From assembly GCF_009914755.1 (NCBI RefSeq), contig NC_060925.1: 64,000 nt of DNA; one strand, 5' to 3'. The notes below the pieces were generated by a model. It worked only from the letters and a program-made list of their open reading frames with translations. It was not told the origin of the DNA and made no database searches. Positions 14,870 to 35,069 of this stretch are shown one piece after another; within the stretch, counting starts at the first letter, position 1; each line of letters starts with the position of its first letter. The translations under genes were made by a program, and so were the position numbers. Origin of the DNA: the human T2T-CHM13v2.0 reference genome, Homo sapiens.

Positions 14870-15712
14870 GTGGGTTTTTAGTAGGCAGCACATAGTCATG
14901 TCTTGCTTTCTCCACGCCCCCAGTCTGACAATCTCTGCCTTCTAATTGAGTTGTTTAGTATATTTACAGTCAGTGTGATTATTGTTTTGGTTTGGGTTTC
15001 AATCTACCATTTTGCTATTATATTTCTCTTTGTCCATCTGTTCTTTCTTCCATTTTTTCTTCCTTCTTTTGGATTGAGTGTATTTTACTGTGGTAAAATA
15101 TATGTTATATATGTTATATATATAAAACATATATTTATATATATAACATATATATCTATATATAAAACAGATTTATAATTTTAACCGTTTTTAAATGTGC
15201 AATTCAGTGGCATTAAGCATATTCACAATATTGTGTAATCATTATGCTATCTTTTTCCAGAACTTTTTTCATTTTCCCAAACAGAAAGTCTGTACCCATT
15301 AAGCAATAATTCCCCATTTCCCCTTTCTTGTAGCCCCTGGTACCTCTAATCTACTTTCTGTTGCTATGAATTTGCCAATTCTAAACATCTCATATAGAGA
15401 TGGAATCATATAATATTTGTCCTTTTGTATCTGGTTTATTTCACTTAGCATAATATTTTCAAGTTTTATCCATGTTGTAGCACATATCAGAATTTCATTA
15501 CTTTGTATAACTGAATAATATTTCACCATGTGTATATTAATTATTCCACATTTTGTTTATCCATTCATCTGTTGATGGGCACTTGAGTTGTTTCCACATT
15601 TTGGCTTTTGTGCAAGTACATGGTTGTCTCTGTTTTCAGTTTTCTTGGATGCATACCTAGGAGGAGAATTGCTGGATTATATGGTGGATTGTATGGTAGT
15701 TCTATGTTTAAC

Positions 15713-16005
15713 TTTTTTTTTTTTTTTTGAGACAGGGTCTCACTTTGTCACCCAGGCTGGAGTGCAGTGACATTACGTAGCCTACTGCAGCCTTGACCTG
15801 GGCTCAAGCAATCCTCCCACATCAGTCTCCCAAGTAGCTGGGACTACAGGTGTGTGCCACCATGTTCGGCTAATTTTTAAATTTTTTTTTAGAGATGGGG
15901 TCTCACTATGTTGCCCAGGCTGGTCTCGAATTCCTAGGCTCAAGTGACCTTCTCACCTCAGCTTCCCAATGTGCTGGGATTACAAGTGGGGGCCACCATG
16001 CCCAG
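15713..16005 (-). mobile_element. AluJ
   Basis: ctgggctcaagcaatcctcccac, AluJ-type. Confidence 0.85.
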
Positions 16006-17292
16006 TTATGTTTAACTTTTTGAGACACCACCAAACTGCTTTCCACAGTGGCTGCACCATTGTACAGTCCCACTATCCACACACAAGGGTGCAAATTTTT
16101 CCACATCCTTGCCAAGGACACTTGTTTTCCCTTGTTTTGAGTGTGAAGTGGTATCTCATTGTGGTTTTGATTTGCATTTCCCTTATGACAAATGATGTTG
16201 AATATCTTTCATGTGCTCACTGGCCATTTGTATATCTTCTCTGGAGAAACTTTGCCCATTTTTGAATTGGATTGTTTTGTTGTTGATGAGTTGTTCTTTA
16301 TTTATTCTGGATATTTCCATCAGATATATGATTTTCAAATGTTGCCTCCCATTCTGTGTGTTGGCTTTTCACTTGTGAGTGTCATTTGATGCATTGAGGT
16401 GTCTAATTTTGATTAAGCCCAATTTATCTATGTTTTCTTTCATTGCCTGTGCTTTTATTATCATATCTAAGAAACCATTGCCAAATCCAAAGTCATGAAG
16501 ATATTCCTGTCTGTTTTCTCCTACAAGTTTTATAGTTTTGCCTTTTAAACTTAGTTTTTTGATTCATTTTATCTAATTTTTATATATGGTGTAAGGTAAG
16601 GGTTTTATCATGAAAAGTTGTGAGATTTAGTCCAACTTCTTTCTTTTGCATGTGAATATCTATTTTTCCCAGTCCTATTTGTTTAAAAGATTGCCTTTCC
16701 TCATTGAATGGTCTTGATATGCTTGTCAAACATCAATTGAACATATATATGAGGGTTTATTTCTTGGGTCTCTATTCTATTCTATTGGTCTATATGTCTA
16801 TATGCCAGTACTACTGTTGCTTTGTAGTAAGTTTTGAAATTGAGGAGTTTGAGTCATCTTTGTTCTTTTTTGAGATTGTTTTGGCTATTTGGGATCCCTT
16901 GAAATTCCAAATAATTTTATGATAAGTTTTTCTATTTCCACCAAAAACCCTGAAACAAACAAACTCCTTTGAGATTTTGATAGGGACTGCATTGATTCTG
17001 TAGATTGCTTTGGGTAGTATTGGCACCTTAACAATATTGTCTTCTAACCCATAGACATGGGATGTCTTTCCATTTGTCTAGGTCATCCTTAATTTCCCTC
17101 AGCAATGTTTTGTAGTTTTTAGTGTATAAGTCTTTTACCTCCTAGATTAAATTCACTCCTAAGTATTTTATTCTTTTTGATTCTCTGAAAAATAGAATAG
17201 TTTTCTTAATTTTATTTTGAAATTCTTCACTACTATTGTGTATAAATACAACTGACTTTTGTGTGTTTATGTCCTGCAACTTTGCTGAATTT

Positions 17293-19672
<2,380 letters not shown>

Positions 19673-19738
19673 CTACATATAATGCCATATCATCTGCTAA
19701 TAGAAATAATTTTACTCCTTCCTTTCCAATTTGGATGG

Positions 19739-19773
<35 letters not shown>

Positions 19774-20398
19774 GTAATTGCTCAGGTTAGAACTTACAGG
19801 ACTATTTTGAATAGAAGTGATGAAAGTGGAAGAATCTGTCTCATTCCTGACCTTAGGGGAAAGCTTCCAGTCTTTCACCAGTGAGTATGGATCTTTCATA
19901 TATGGTCTTGATCATGCTGAGAAAGTTTCCTTCTATTTTTGGTTTATTGAGTGTTTTTATCATGAAAGGATGTGAGATTTTGTCAAATGCTTTTTCTGCA
20001 TCAATTGAGATGATCATGGTTTTTAAAATTAATTCTATTAATGAGGTGTTTTACATTGATTGATCTTTGTATGTTGAACCATCCTGGCATTCTGAGAATA
20101 AATCCCACTTGGTCATGGTGTATAATCCTTTTAATATGCTGCTGAATTCAGTTTGCTAGTATTTTGTTGAGAATTTTTGCGTCTGTATAAGGGATATTGG
20201 TCTGTAATTTTCTTGTGGTTTCCCTATCTGGCTTTGGTATCAGGGTAATGCTGGCCTCATTGAATGAGTTAGGAAGTATTCCTGCCTCTTCAATTTTGGG
20301 GAAGAGTTAGAGAAAAATTTATACTAATTCCTCCTTAAATATTTGGTAGAATTTATTAGTGAAGTTATCTGGTCCTGGGGCTTTTCTTTGTTGGAAAG

Positions 20399-20765
20399 TG
20401 TATTAGTCTGCTTGGGCTGCCATAACAAAATACTACAGACAGGGTGACAGAAACAACAGACATTTATTTTTCACAGTTCTGGAGGTTGGGAAGTCCAAGA
20501 TCAGGGTACCAGCACTGTTGGGTTCTGGTGAGGACTTTCTTCCTGGATTGCAGATAGCCGCCTTCTCACTGTATTCTTACCTGGTGGAGAAAAAAACTAG
20601 AGAAAGCTCTCAAATCTCTTCTAATAGGGACACTAATCCCATCATGAGGGCCCCATCCTCATGACCTCATCTGAACCTCCCAAAGGTCCCCATGTCCAAA
20701 TATCATCACACTGAGGTTAGAGCTTCAACATATGAATTTGGTGGGACATAAGTTAGTCCATAGCA
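20399..20765 (-). mobile_element. MLT1A-like MaLR solo LTR
   Basis: tgtattagtctgcttgggctgccataacaaaatac...cacagttctggagg...aagtccaagatc...ccatagca. Confidence 0.8.
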
Positions 20766-21661
20766 GGAGGTTTTTTATGACTGGTTTGATATCCATATGA
20801 CTTACAGGTCTATTTAGATTTTCTATTTCTTTTCGAGTTAGGGTAATTTGTGTGTTTCTAGAAGTCTGTTCATTTCAGCATGGCTCTCCAGTTGGTTGAC
20901 ATACAATTGTTCATAGTATTCTTTTATAATCCTTTTTACTTCCGTAAAATTGGTAGTAATGTCCTAACTTTTATTTCTGATTTTAGTATTTTGAGTCTTC
21001 TTTTTTCTGTCAACCTAGCTAAAGGTTTGTCAATTTGTTGATCTTTTCAAAGAACCAAGTTTTGGTTTCATTGACTCTCTCCATTTTCTGTTATTTTCTT
21101 TTTTATTTATGTTCACTCTACTCTTATTATTTCTTACCTTCTGCTAACATTGGGCTTAGTTTGCTCTTTTTTTTCTAGTTTCTTAAGATATATGGTTATA
21201 TTTTTAATGATTTATTTTAATCTCTCTTATTGACTTATTAGCTATAACTTTTTGTTGTGCTATTATAGTACGCATTAATTTTTCTTTACTACTATCAAGT
21301 GGTATTATTCTACTTTGCATATAATATAATAACCCGTAACAATACCCTTCTATTTCTCTCCTCCCAGCTTTTGTGCTATTGTTAACATATATTTTACTTC
21401 TACATTTGTTGCAAATTCTACATTACATTGTTATTCTTTTTGTTTTAAACAGTCAATTGCCTTTTAAAGAGATTTAAATAATTAATATAGAAATCTTTGT
21501 ATTTACCCACATACTGACTATTTCTGGTGCTCTTCATTTTTTTGTATAAATCCAGATTTTCATCTGGTATCATTCCTTCTGCCTGAAATACTTCCTTTAA
21601 CATCTCTTATTGTGTAGTGTCTACTGATGATAAATTCTTTCAACTTTCGTATGCCTGAAAA

Positions 21662-22210
21662 TGTTTTATTTTATTTATTTATTTTCTAGACAGGGTCTTA
21701 CTCTATTACCCAGGCTGACTGCAGCGGTACAATCATGGCTCACTGTAGCCTCGACCTCCTAAGCTCAAACAATCCTCCCACCTCAGCTTCCTGAGCAGCT
21801 GAGACAAGAGGCATGCACCATGCCTGGCTAATTGTCTTTATTTCTTGTAGAGATGGAGCCTCGCCATATTGCCTAGGCTGGTCTTGAACTCCTGGGCTCA
21901 ATTGATCCTCCCGCTTCAGCCTCCCAAGATGCTGGGATTACAGGCATGAGCCATCGTGCCTGGCCTGTCTTTTTTATTTATGTATTTATTTATTTATGTA
22001 TTATTGAGACGGAGTCTTGGCCTGTCACCCAGGCTGGAGTGCAGTGGTGCAATCGCAGCTCACTGCAGCCTCTGCCTCCTGGGTTCAGGATTCTCCTGCC
22101 TCAGCCTGCTGTGTAGCTGGGACTACAGGTGCACACCAACATGCCCGGCTAATTTTTTTGTGTGTTTTTTTTAGTGGAGACAGGGTTTCACCATGTTGGT
22201 CAGGCTGGTC
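21662..22210 (-). mobile_element. AluJ (21662-21965) plus a partial AluS (21970-22210)
   Basis: Alu motifs. Confidence 0.8.
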
Positions 22211-23185
22211 CTGTCTTTATTTTTGAAGGACATGTAGAGTTAAAGGTTTCTAAGTTGACAGTTTATTTTCTTCTAATAGTTAAAAGATGTTGCTCCGCCA
22301 TCTTCTAACATGCATTTTTTTTTAAAATAATGAGAAATCATCTTTATACCCTATCTTTATTCTTCTGTATGTAATGTGTATTTTTTCCTCTGGCTTCCTT
22401 CAAAATCTTCTTTTTATCTATTGTTTTAAACAATTGGATTATGATGTTCTTAATGTAGTTTCTTTACTTGCGGGTTCATTGAGCTTCTTGGATCTGTGGG
22501 TTATAGTTTTCATGAAATTTGGTAAATTTTTGTTGTTTCTTCAGATATTTTTGTCTGTTTCCCTCATCTCATTCCTCTCCTTTGGAAACTAATTTCTGTG
22601 TAATAGGACACTTGAAGTGTCTCACAGCTCACTGAATCTCTTTTTTTTTCAGTCTTTTTTTCTCTTTATGCTTCATTTTGGATAGTTACTATCGCTATTC
22701 TATAAATCCATTAATCTTTTCTTCTGCTATGTCTAATTTGCTATTAATCATATCCAGTGTATTTTTCATTTAAAACATTAGAGTTTTCATAACAAGAACT
22801 TCAATTAGGTTCTTTTTACATTTTTTTGTATGTCTATGCTTAATATGCTCAGTCTTTCCTTTAGCTTCTTGAATGTGTGTAATACAGTTAAAATAATTCT
22901 TTGTGGGTACTAATTCTATCTCATGTATCGTTTCTGGATCAGTTTCAATTGACTGATATTTTTCCTATTGTAGGCAATAATTTCCTTTGCATGCCTGGCA
23001 TTTTTTTTTTCATGGATATTCTTTCTCAAATTGAGGAAATTTCTCTCTATTCCTAGCTAACTGAGAGTTTTATCCTTAATAGATGTTGGATTTTGTCAAA
23101 TGCTTTTTCTGCATCTATTAATATGATCATGTAATTTTTCTTCATTAGCCAGCTGATGTGATGGATTATGTTATTTAATTTTGGA

Positions 23186-25252
<2,067 letters not shown>

Positions 25253-25511
25253 TCATGCCTGGCAAATTTTTTACTGGATAATAGGCATTGTGAGTTTTAC
25301 TTTGTTGGGTGCTAGATATTTTTGATTTCTTATATATATTCTTGAATTTTGCCGTAGAATGCAGTAAAGTTTCTTAGAAACAGTCTGAACCCTTCAGATT
25401 GTTCTTTTAAACTTTGTGAGGTAAAACCAGGACTACATTTATTCTAAGGTTGATATTTTCCCCCTCATTATTGAGGCTAGACCTTTCTGTGTACTCTGCC
25501 TTACCTTGTGA

Positions 25512-26049
<538 letters not shown>

Positions 26050-26509
26050 TGATACTCTGGCCTGTGAACTCCAGCCACCTTGCCCTCCTGGACTCTTAAT
26101 TTTGACTCCTCAACTCGGGGAATACCACAGGACTCCACTTGAGTTCCCCCTTCCTGTGCCTTGGCCTGGAAACTTTGTCCAGGAAGTAAGCTGGAGCAAT
26201 GTAGGGCTCCCTGCATTTGTTTTCCACTTCTCAGGAGTCGCTGTCCTTCATTTCCTGGTATCCAATGTCTTCAGAACAATTGTTTCATATATTTTGTCTA
26301 TTTTTTTAGTTGTTTCAGTTGTTTTCAACTGAAACAACCGAATCCAGTTCCTACTACTCTATCTGGGCTAAAAAGAAAAATTCTGCTTGCCCTTTATTTT
26401 CAAACTTTAACCCTACTCCTATACTTAAAATCTGAAAAATTTTCGCATTGGTGAAATTTTTAAAGGAAGGCTGTTCATGTTACCCTTTTAGGAGGGAGGC
26501 TTTTTAGTC

Positions 26510-26755
26510 TAATGATCAGCTCTTGAGCCCTCTGTCTGGATTTGATTCTTAGATCCTCCAGGGTTCAAGATTCAAGCCGTGTGATCTTGGAAACGTTAAC
26601 TAATTTATCTGTGCCTGTATCCACATTTTAAAAGTAGTTAATAATAACAATAATACCTTGCCTATAGAGCTGGTGTAAAGACTAAATGAGTTAATACTTG
26701 TAAAGTGCTTGTACAATGCCTGACACATAGCAGGTGATTATTAAAGTTGGCTATT
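26510..26755 (+). mobile_element. MIR SINE
   Basis: gtgtgatcttgg...aaatgagttaatacttgtaaagtgctt...tgcctgacacatag. Confidence 0.75.
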
Positions 26756-26945
26756 TGCATAAATGAAGAGTGCAAGCATTGTGTAATGAGACAAGCTTGG
26801 CTATTGTGGGATACAGATTGGTGGGAGGTCATGAGAAATGAGGTTGGTAAAGGAGGATGAGCACAGTGGAATAAAGTTTGGAGACTGGGCTAATTTTTGT
26901 TGAGATTGAATGGACCAATCAGCATGGGAAAAAATGTACAACAGG

Positions 26946-27210
26946 GCCGGGAGTGGTGGCTCACACTTGTAATCCCAGCACTTTGGGAGGCCAAGGCTGG
27001 AGGAATGCTTGAGCCCAGGGGTTCAAGACCAGCCTGGGAACATAATGAGACCCCATCTCTACAAAAGAAATGAAAAAATTACCCAGGTGTGATGGCACAC
27101 ACCTGTAGTCCAGCTACTCCATAGCCATGATCATACCACTGCACTCCAGACTGGCACAGAAACTCTGTCTCTAAAAAAACAAACCAACCCACTAAACAAA
27201 CAAACAAAAA
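26946..27210 (+). mobile_element. AluJ with an internal deletion in the right arm
   Basis: Alu motifs; right arm shortened. Confidence 0.8.
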
Positions 27211-27524
27211 ATGAGCAACCTCTTTCATAAGGGGTACATATTCAAATAAGATGTCGTTTACCAATCAGTACCAAATTTGCAAAGCATTAGAAAAGTAAAA
27301 CTATCTAATGTGGGCAAGAAGTGTTCCATGAAATAGAAACTCTCATTGAATAAAGTAGAAACTGATTTTTACTCTTTGGGGGACAATTTGGCAGCATGAA
27401 TAAAGAGCCTTACAGTGGATGTATCTTTTGCTTCAATAATTCCTCAAGGATGTTTATTGCAGCATCATTACTTATACTAATACAAAATTGGAAAAATTTT
27501 TGATAATATAAAATAATTGAATTA

Positions 27525-27883
<359 letters not shown>

Positions 27884-27969
27884 TTACACGTCTCCATTTG
27901 TTTTCCTCCAGGTTTTCTGCAATAACCTGTATTAGTCCAATAATAAAAACATCCAATTTTTAAATTATT

Positions 27970-28281
27970 TTATTTTTTATTTTTATTTATTTATTTTTTT
28001 TGTGATGGAGTCTCGCTCTGTCGCCTAGGCTGGAGCATAGTGGCACAATCTTGGCTCACTGCAACCTCTGCCTCCCAGGTTCAAGCGATTCTCCTGCGTC
28101 AGCCTCCTGAGTAGCTGGGACTACAGGAGGGCGCCACCATGCCTGGCTAATTTTTGTAGTTTTAGTAGAGACGGGTTTTCACTATGTTGGCCAGGCTGGT
28201 CTCAAACTCCTGACCTCGTGATCCACCTGCCTCGGCCTCCCAAAGTGCTGGGATTACAGGCGTGAGCCACCGCGCCTGGCC
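27970..28281 (-). mobile_element. AluS
   Basis: Full dimer; TSD taaattatttt. Confidence 0.9.
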
Positions 28282-29599
28282 CTAAATTATTTTAATTTTA
28301 AGAGAGGACAGCAGGGAGCCAGTAGGATTATCTGGTGGAGATGGGAAAAGGTAAAGACTACTTCATTCCAGCAGCAATACGTAAAGTGGGATGGATAAGG
28401 GCCCAGATATTCTGACTACCACTTCTTCATGTACTTGGATGAGTTTCACAGGAGGCTTTTACGGAGTCCTGTCCAAGGACTTGCACACATAGTGACCTTT
28501 CCCACTGTGTTTTCAGAGGAAAGTTGCAAGAAGCCACTATAGCCTGTAGCTCTTTGCTGGCAGGCTGGGCTCCCTGCTTGGTGGTTTTTGAAAAAGCACA
28601 ACAGCTGCAGGGATAGCCCAGCATGTGTGCCAACCTATTCTGATGCCTCACTAATCCTCGCAGCTGGAGAACACACAGCAGTCAGACTGGAGAGATTAGA
28701 GATTCTCAACCAAGATCACAATGATTCCAACAGTGGGAGAGACTGCCTTTTTGAGAAGTGGGTTAACATTAGGGATAGAAGTGGGAGGCGAGAAGCTGTG
28801 CTGCTGGATAGGGTGAAGGGTGAGGTTGAAATTGGAAGTCCTAAAATGAGTATGTGTGGTGGAATAATGAAGATTGAGGAAGAAAAATTAAATGGAGTGG
28901 ACTCATGTAAAAACGACATTGGATGAAGGGGAAGCTCTAATCAATCTGAGTCAGTCTTGGCTTTTATGGACAGGAGAGGAAGAGATCCTTGGCAGCCCAA
29001 GGCTTTCCTAATTCATGTTAACTATAGGCCTACATCATGGTGTCAGTGGTAGGAAACAGAAAGAGGTCTGCCAAGAACTAGGTATCTGAGCAGAGCTGAG
29101 TAAATGGTGGATATTGAGGCTTGGGTAAAAAGATGGACAGTGAATAAAGAGAGCTTCCTGTTGCTAAGTAGATACACCAAGCTAGGTAGGCCAGGCTAGC
29201 ACAGACGACAAGGAGCACATAAATCAGAGTCCATGGGGTTTAGAGGGTGAAGGCCAGCCCATGAGCCCAGGAAACACAGGGACATGGCTGAGGAGTGACT
29301 GAAAAGCTGAGCATTGACACGTGGGAACCCCAACAGAGTGTGAGCAGCAGATGTAGGGAGTGCCCTGCTAGAAAATGGGGAGCACCCTCCAGGCTGTCAT
29401 CGTCTAGATGGGAGCTCGTAGATTTTAGAGCTCTAAGATTGCTCAGAGATGACCTAATTTAATCTCGCCTTTTTTTCCAGAAAAGAAAATGGAAGCCCAA
29501 AGCCATGACCATAATTCTTCCATCCTCTTTGAGACTCTTTTAGTCTAGCAAGATGACCCTCTGCTCCTATTTGTTACATAGAAAATTGACATATAGGGA

Positions 29600-30730
29600 T
29601 TTGGTCACATCTAAAATTCTGGCACCTGACTCAGTTCTCCTATATCTTGTGGATCCTGCCATCATCTTGGATGGCTTTCAGGATCAGTGTTAATGGCTGT
29701 TCAATGTTCAAGCTTTTTTGTCCTTTGTCTAGTGTTCAATTTCTTTTACTTTTACTCTATGTCATCCACTTACTCTTATGCCGTATCATGGAGTTTGTTA
29801 TCAACTGATTCTTCAAGCCCAATATCCCTGGCTATGACTTCCTTCCCTATCAACACTTATCCCTCTCTGCATCTGTTCTCTCTCACTAAAATCAACATTC
29901 CCTTCACTCCTCCAATTTCTCCAGTCTATCGGTCTATACCTATGATCCATCACTTCTCTTATTAATACCCCCAAACCCATTGTTCCTTTATAAACTTCAA
30001 CCCCAGAGCAGTACATCTGTCCTCCTTTTCCGACTCTGTATCTGTGTTGGCGAGGACTGCTGGACAGTCAGTTACCCAACCACGGAATTTTATACCAGTA
30101 CAGATTCATGATCTCTTCCCTCTGCTTGATTTCCTGTGATCCTGTGTGTTTCTGAGAGGTATCAACTCCTCCCCTTTCCCCCATAGCAACTACTATAAAC
30201 TTTCAGCCCTTGCTTCAAGTGTTCCCCTCCACAAGTCTTCTTATTTGTTTTATGAAAATAAAAAAGATGAAGTTATAACTCATATTTAAAGCTCACCCCC
30301 ACCCCTAAGGTTCTCTGTAAACCTCTTCACCTTACTTTTGTCCTCAAGTCTCAGTGAGAACTTGTGCTATAAATTGTCATTTTGTCTCCTGTATCTTTAT
30401 CTTCTCCCTTTCTACTGTCTTTTTCCTCTGACATATTTATGCATCTTTTCCATTTACAAAACATGAAACCTACCTAACCTCTGGCGCCTCTTCACAACCA
30501 AGCTCCTTGAAAGAATAATCTACATTTTTACCTCCACTGCTCATTTTTCTTCAGCATGTTTCAGTCTGGATTTCTTCCCCACTGTATTTCTGAACTGCCC
30601 GGGCAGCAGTCTCCAGTGGCTGCCATTCTGTCAGGTCCAGTGGATATATTTTGGTGACCACTGGACTCTTTTGAGACACTTGACACCATTGATCACAGCC
30701 CTTAAACCCTGCCATGGCTTTTGTGACATA
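29600..30730 (+). mobile_element. L2 LINE body fragments
   Basis: Pyrimidine-rich degenerate L2-like motifs (aagctccttgaaagaataatctac, ttgacaccattgatcac). Confidence 0.5.
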
Positions 30731-31074
30731 ACCTTTTATATTGATAAAATGGAGGAATGAATATAATATTTGGGGAGCATGGGAAAAGTGATAATTAGGT
30801 TGAGTCTTTAAAAAATAGTTAGGGCTTAATCATTATTTTGGGGAATTTAAGGCATTCTTGGCAGAGGAATCTGCCTGTGCAAAGGCTAGGAAGTCTGGGA
30901 TAAAAAGAGTGGTAGGGAAGAAAAATATTTGTAGAATTCAAACATATAGTTTAATGGGAAGGCAGTGGAAGAGGAGGTCTACTGAGGTTAGATTATCGAG
31001 AGTCTCACAGATGATTTTGAGGAGTTAGGATTGGGTCAGGAAAGGCATCTTCAAGACAGTGAATTCTTTAAAGT

Positions 31075-31437
31075 CTTTTTTTTTTTATTTCAATAGCTTT
31101 TGGGGTATAAGAAGTTTTGGTTACATGGGTGAATTGTATAGTGATGAAGTTTGAGATTTCAGTGCACCTGTCAGCTGAGTATTATACATTGTACCCATTG
31201 TACCCTTTGCTTGTCCCCCACTTCTGAGTCTCCAGTGTCCATGATACCACTCTGAATGCCCTTGTGTACCCATAGCTTAGCTCCCATTTGTAAGTGAGAA
31301 CATGCAGTATTTGATTTTCCATTTCTGAGTAACTTCATTTTGAATAGTGGCCTTCAGCTCCATACAAGTTACTGTAAAAGACATTATTTTGTTCTTTTTA
31401 TGGCTGAGTAGTACTCCATGGTGTATATATACCACAT
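31075..31437 (-). mobile_element. L1PB-like 3' end
   Basis: tttcaatagcttttgggg...gtaagtgagaacatgcagtatttg...tggctgagtagtactccatggtgtatatataccaca. Confidence 0.8.
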
Positions 31438-31997
31438 AAGGAAGTAAATTCTTATAGTAATGGAGACTAAAGAATTCAGAACAATCTTCCTACTGAGAAT
31501 AGTCATAAAACTGAATTAAATATTTAGAAAACATAAAAAAGCAATTAAGATAGGAATTAATAGGCCAACATCTAGGAGAAGATGAAAATCTAGTGAGACA
31601 TGCCCTTCACTCAAAGTTGTATTTGCCCTGAGAGCCATTTCCAATCTTCCAAACTAAGCTGTATTTTTGGTGATGACGTGGGGCTAAGGTGACAAAAATA
31701 AAAACCCAAGACCTGCCAAAGGTGAGGCTCTGATAAGACACGTCCATTTTAAACCAGAATCTCAAAGGGCTACACCCTTAGGTGTAGATCAAAACAACAA
31801 ATATGTTCAAATCTATGAATTCCTAATGACAAAAACAACGGCAATAAAGCAAAGTAAATTGGTTACTTGGAGGATGCTAGGGAACCAGTTTAATTTTTTT
31901 TTTTTGAAAACTGGTAAATACAGGAAATAATCATATATGTATTCTGTCTTTCCTATATAAACTGCACTACTGGGTAACTAATAAAAGATGAAGGGGA

Positions 31998-33780
31998 CCA
32001 AGAAGCAGCTTCTCCGCTCCTTCTAGGATATCCGCCTGGTTTGGCCCGCCTGCCTCCACTCCTGCCTCCACCATGTCCATCAGGGTGACCCAGAAGTCCT
32101 ACAAGTTGTCCACCTCTGGTCCCCGGGCCTTCAGCAGCCACTCCTACTCGAGTGGGCCCAGTGCCTGCATCAGCTCCTTGAGCTTCTCCCAAGTGGGCAG
32201 CAGCAGCAGCTTTCGGGGTGGCCTGGGTGGCGGTTATGGTGGGGCCAGCGGCATGGGAGGCATCACCGCAGTCATGGTCAACCAGAACCTGCTGAGCCCC
32301 CTTGTCCTGGAGGTGGACCCCAACATCCAGGCCGTGTGCACCCAGGAGAAGGAGCCGATCAAGACCCTCAACAACAAGTTTGCCTCCTTCATAGACAAGG
32401 TACGGTTCCTGGAGCAGCAGAACAAGATGCCGGAGACCAAGTGGAGCCTCCTGCAGCAGCAGAAGACGGCTCGGAGCAACATGGACAAGTTCGAGAGCTA
32501 CATCAACAACCTTAGGCGGCAGCTGGAGATTCTGGGCCAGGAGAAGCTGAAGCTGGAGGCGGAGCTTGGCAACATGCAGGGGCTGGTGGAGGACTTCAAG
32601 AACAAGTATGAGGATGAGATCAATAAGCGTACAGAGATGGAGAATGAATTTGTGCTCACCAAGAAGGATGTGGATGAAGCTTACATGAACAAGGTAGAGC
32701 TGGAGTCTCGCCTGGAAGGGCTTACTGAAGAGATCAGCTTCCTCAGGCAGCTGTATGAAGAGGAGATCCGGGAGCTGCAGTCCCAGATCTCAGACACATC
32801 TGTGGTGCTGTCCATGGACAACAGCCACTCCCTGGACATGGACAGCGTCATTGCTGAGGTCAAGGCACAGTACGAGGACCGCCAGCCGCAGCCAGGCTGA
32901 GGCTGAGAGCATGTACCAGATCAAGAATGAGGAGCTGCAAGAGCCTGGCTGGGAAGCACGGGGATGACCTGTGGCGCACAAAGACTGAGATCTCCTAGAT
33001 AAACCGGAACATCAGCGCTCCAGGCTGAGATTGAGGGCCCCAAAGGCCAGAGGGCTTCCCTGGAGGCCGCCATTGCAGATGCACAGCAGCGCGGAGAGCT
33101 GACTATTAAGTATGCCAACGCCAAGTTGTCCGAGCTGGAGGCCGCCCTGCAGCGGGCCAAGCAGGACATGTTGCGGCAGCTGCGTGAGTACCAGCAGCTG
33201 ATGAACGTCAAGCTGGTCCTAGACGTCGAGATCGCCACCTACAGGAAGCTACTGGAGGGCGAGGAGAGCCGGCTGGAGTCTGGGATGCAGAACATGAGTA
33301 TTCACACGAAGACCACCAGCGGCTATGCAGGTGGTCTGAGCTCGGCCTATGGGGGCCTCACAAGCCCCAGCCTCAGCTATGGCCTGGGCTCCAGCTTTGG
33401 CTCTGGCGCGGGCTCCAGCTCCTTCAGCCGCACCAGCTCCTCGAGGGCCGTGGTTGTGAAGAAGATCGAGACACGTGATAGGAAGCTGGTGTCCGAGTCC
33501 TCCGACTCCTGCCCAAGTGAACAGCTGAGGCAGCCCCTCCCAGCCTGCCCCTTCTGCGCTGCCCCAGAGCCTGGGAGGGAGGCCACTATGCAGGGTAGCA
33601 CTGGGAACAGGAGACCCACCTGAGGCTCAGCCCTGGCCCTCAGCCCACCTGCGGGGTAGTTTACTACCTGGGGACCCCCCTTGCCCATGCCTCCAGCTAC
33701 AAAACAATTCAATTGCTTTTTTTTTTTTTTTTGGTCTAAAATAAAACCTCAGCTAGCTCTGTCAAAAAAAAAAAAAAAAA
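31998..33780 (+). pseudogene. KRT8P45: KRT8 processed pseudogene (likely KRT8P45)
   Basis: Intronless keratin-8 copy: 5' UTR, ATG at 32073 ([11 protein letters not shown]...), rod motifs [19 protein letters not shown] and [13 protein letters not shown]. Frameshifts from ~32878 and a TAG near 32996. AATAAA at 33740-33745, poly(A), perfect 15-bp TSD aaaagatgaagggga at 31983-31997 and 33781-33795. The symbol number is from memory. Confidence 0.95.
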
Positions 33781-34432
33781 AAAAGATGAAGGGGAATTTA
33801 TCCTTATAGGTGTATTCTATCTAATAAATCAATATATGATGTAATTGGGATATCAATATTATATAACTTCCAGTGAACTAATGGATTGACCATAAATTAG
33901 CATAGAGAGACTACTATACACTCTACACAACACTATCTATGAAGTTATCTTACTAAAAGGATACCATTAAACTGTAATCATCAAAATGCAGACTATGGGG
34001 TCTCTGTAAGACAATCAGGTTTCTTTAACAAATGAACTGCCAGAAAAAAATTATATTTATATTTTTATATACATGTGTGTATGTATATACATATACATAT
34101 GTGTGTAAAAATCACACACACACAGAAAGAGAGAGGGAGAGTGAGCAATATGGAGGGTGAACCTATAGATAAAAGGATTAAAAAGATATAATCTGATCAT
34201 AATGTGTGCACCTTATAAATACTGGTTTAAACAAACACATTGTTTTTAAAAAGCAAATGACATTTGTGAGACAATTAGAATTTCGTACATGGGATATTTG
34301 GTGATTTAAGGAATTACAGTTAATATTTTGTATGATAACAATATTGTGGTTATGTTACAAATAAAGAATTCTTCCTTATCTGTAAAGACACATATTGAAA
34401 GAACCACAGAAATTTTTTTAAAAAACGATTAG

Positions 34433-34752
<320 letters not shown>

Positions 34753-35069
34753 TGAAAATATCTATATTAAATAGGATAATGTTATGTGTTGTAACAAGCA
34801 AATCCCCAAATATCAGTGCCTTAACCACCATAAATGTATTCCTTAATCACCTAACAGTGCAGAGTGGGTAAACACATAGCATGCACGCAGCCCTTCCCTG
34901 CTTATTTATTCAGGTACCAGGGCAGGCAAATACTCTCCATTTTCAGCACACTGCTTCCAAGGTGGCCCTAAGAGTCATCTTTCCAGCCAGACAAAAATGG
35001 AAAAACCACAAAAGTGAGGTTTGGCAGTGGAGACCAGGGGATGTGTAATTAAAATATTTAGGGTTCCCA

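Noticed and set aside
33126-33623. 165-aa keratin tail ORF
   Set aside because: Post-frameshift fragment of the KRT8 retrocopy with a TTG start
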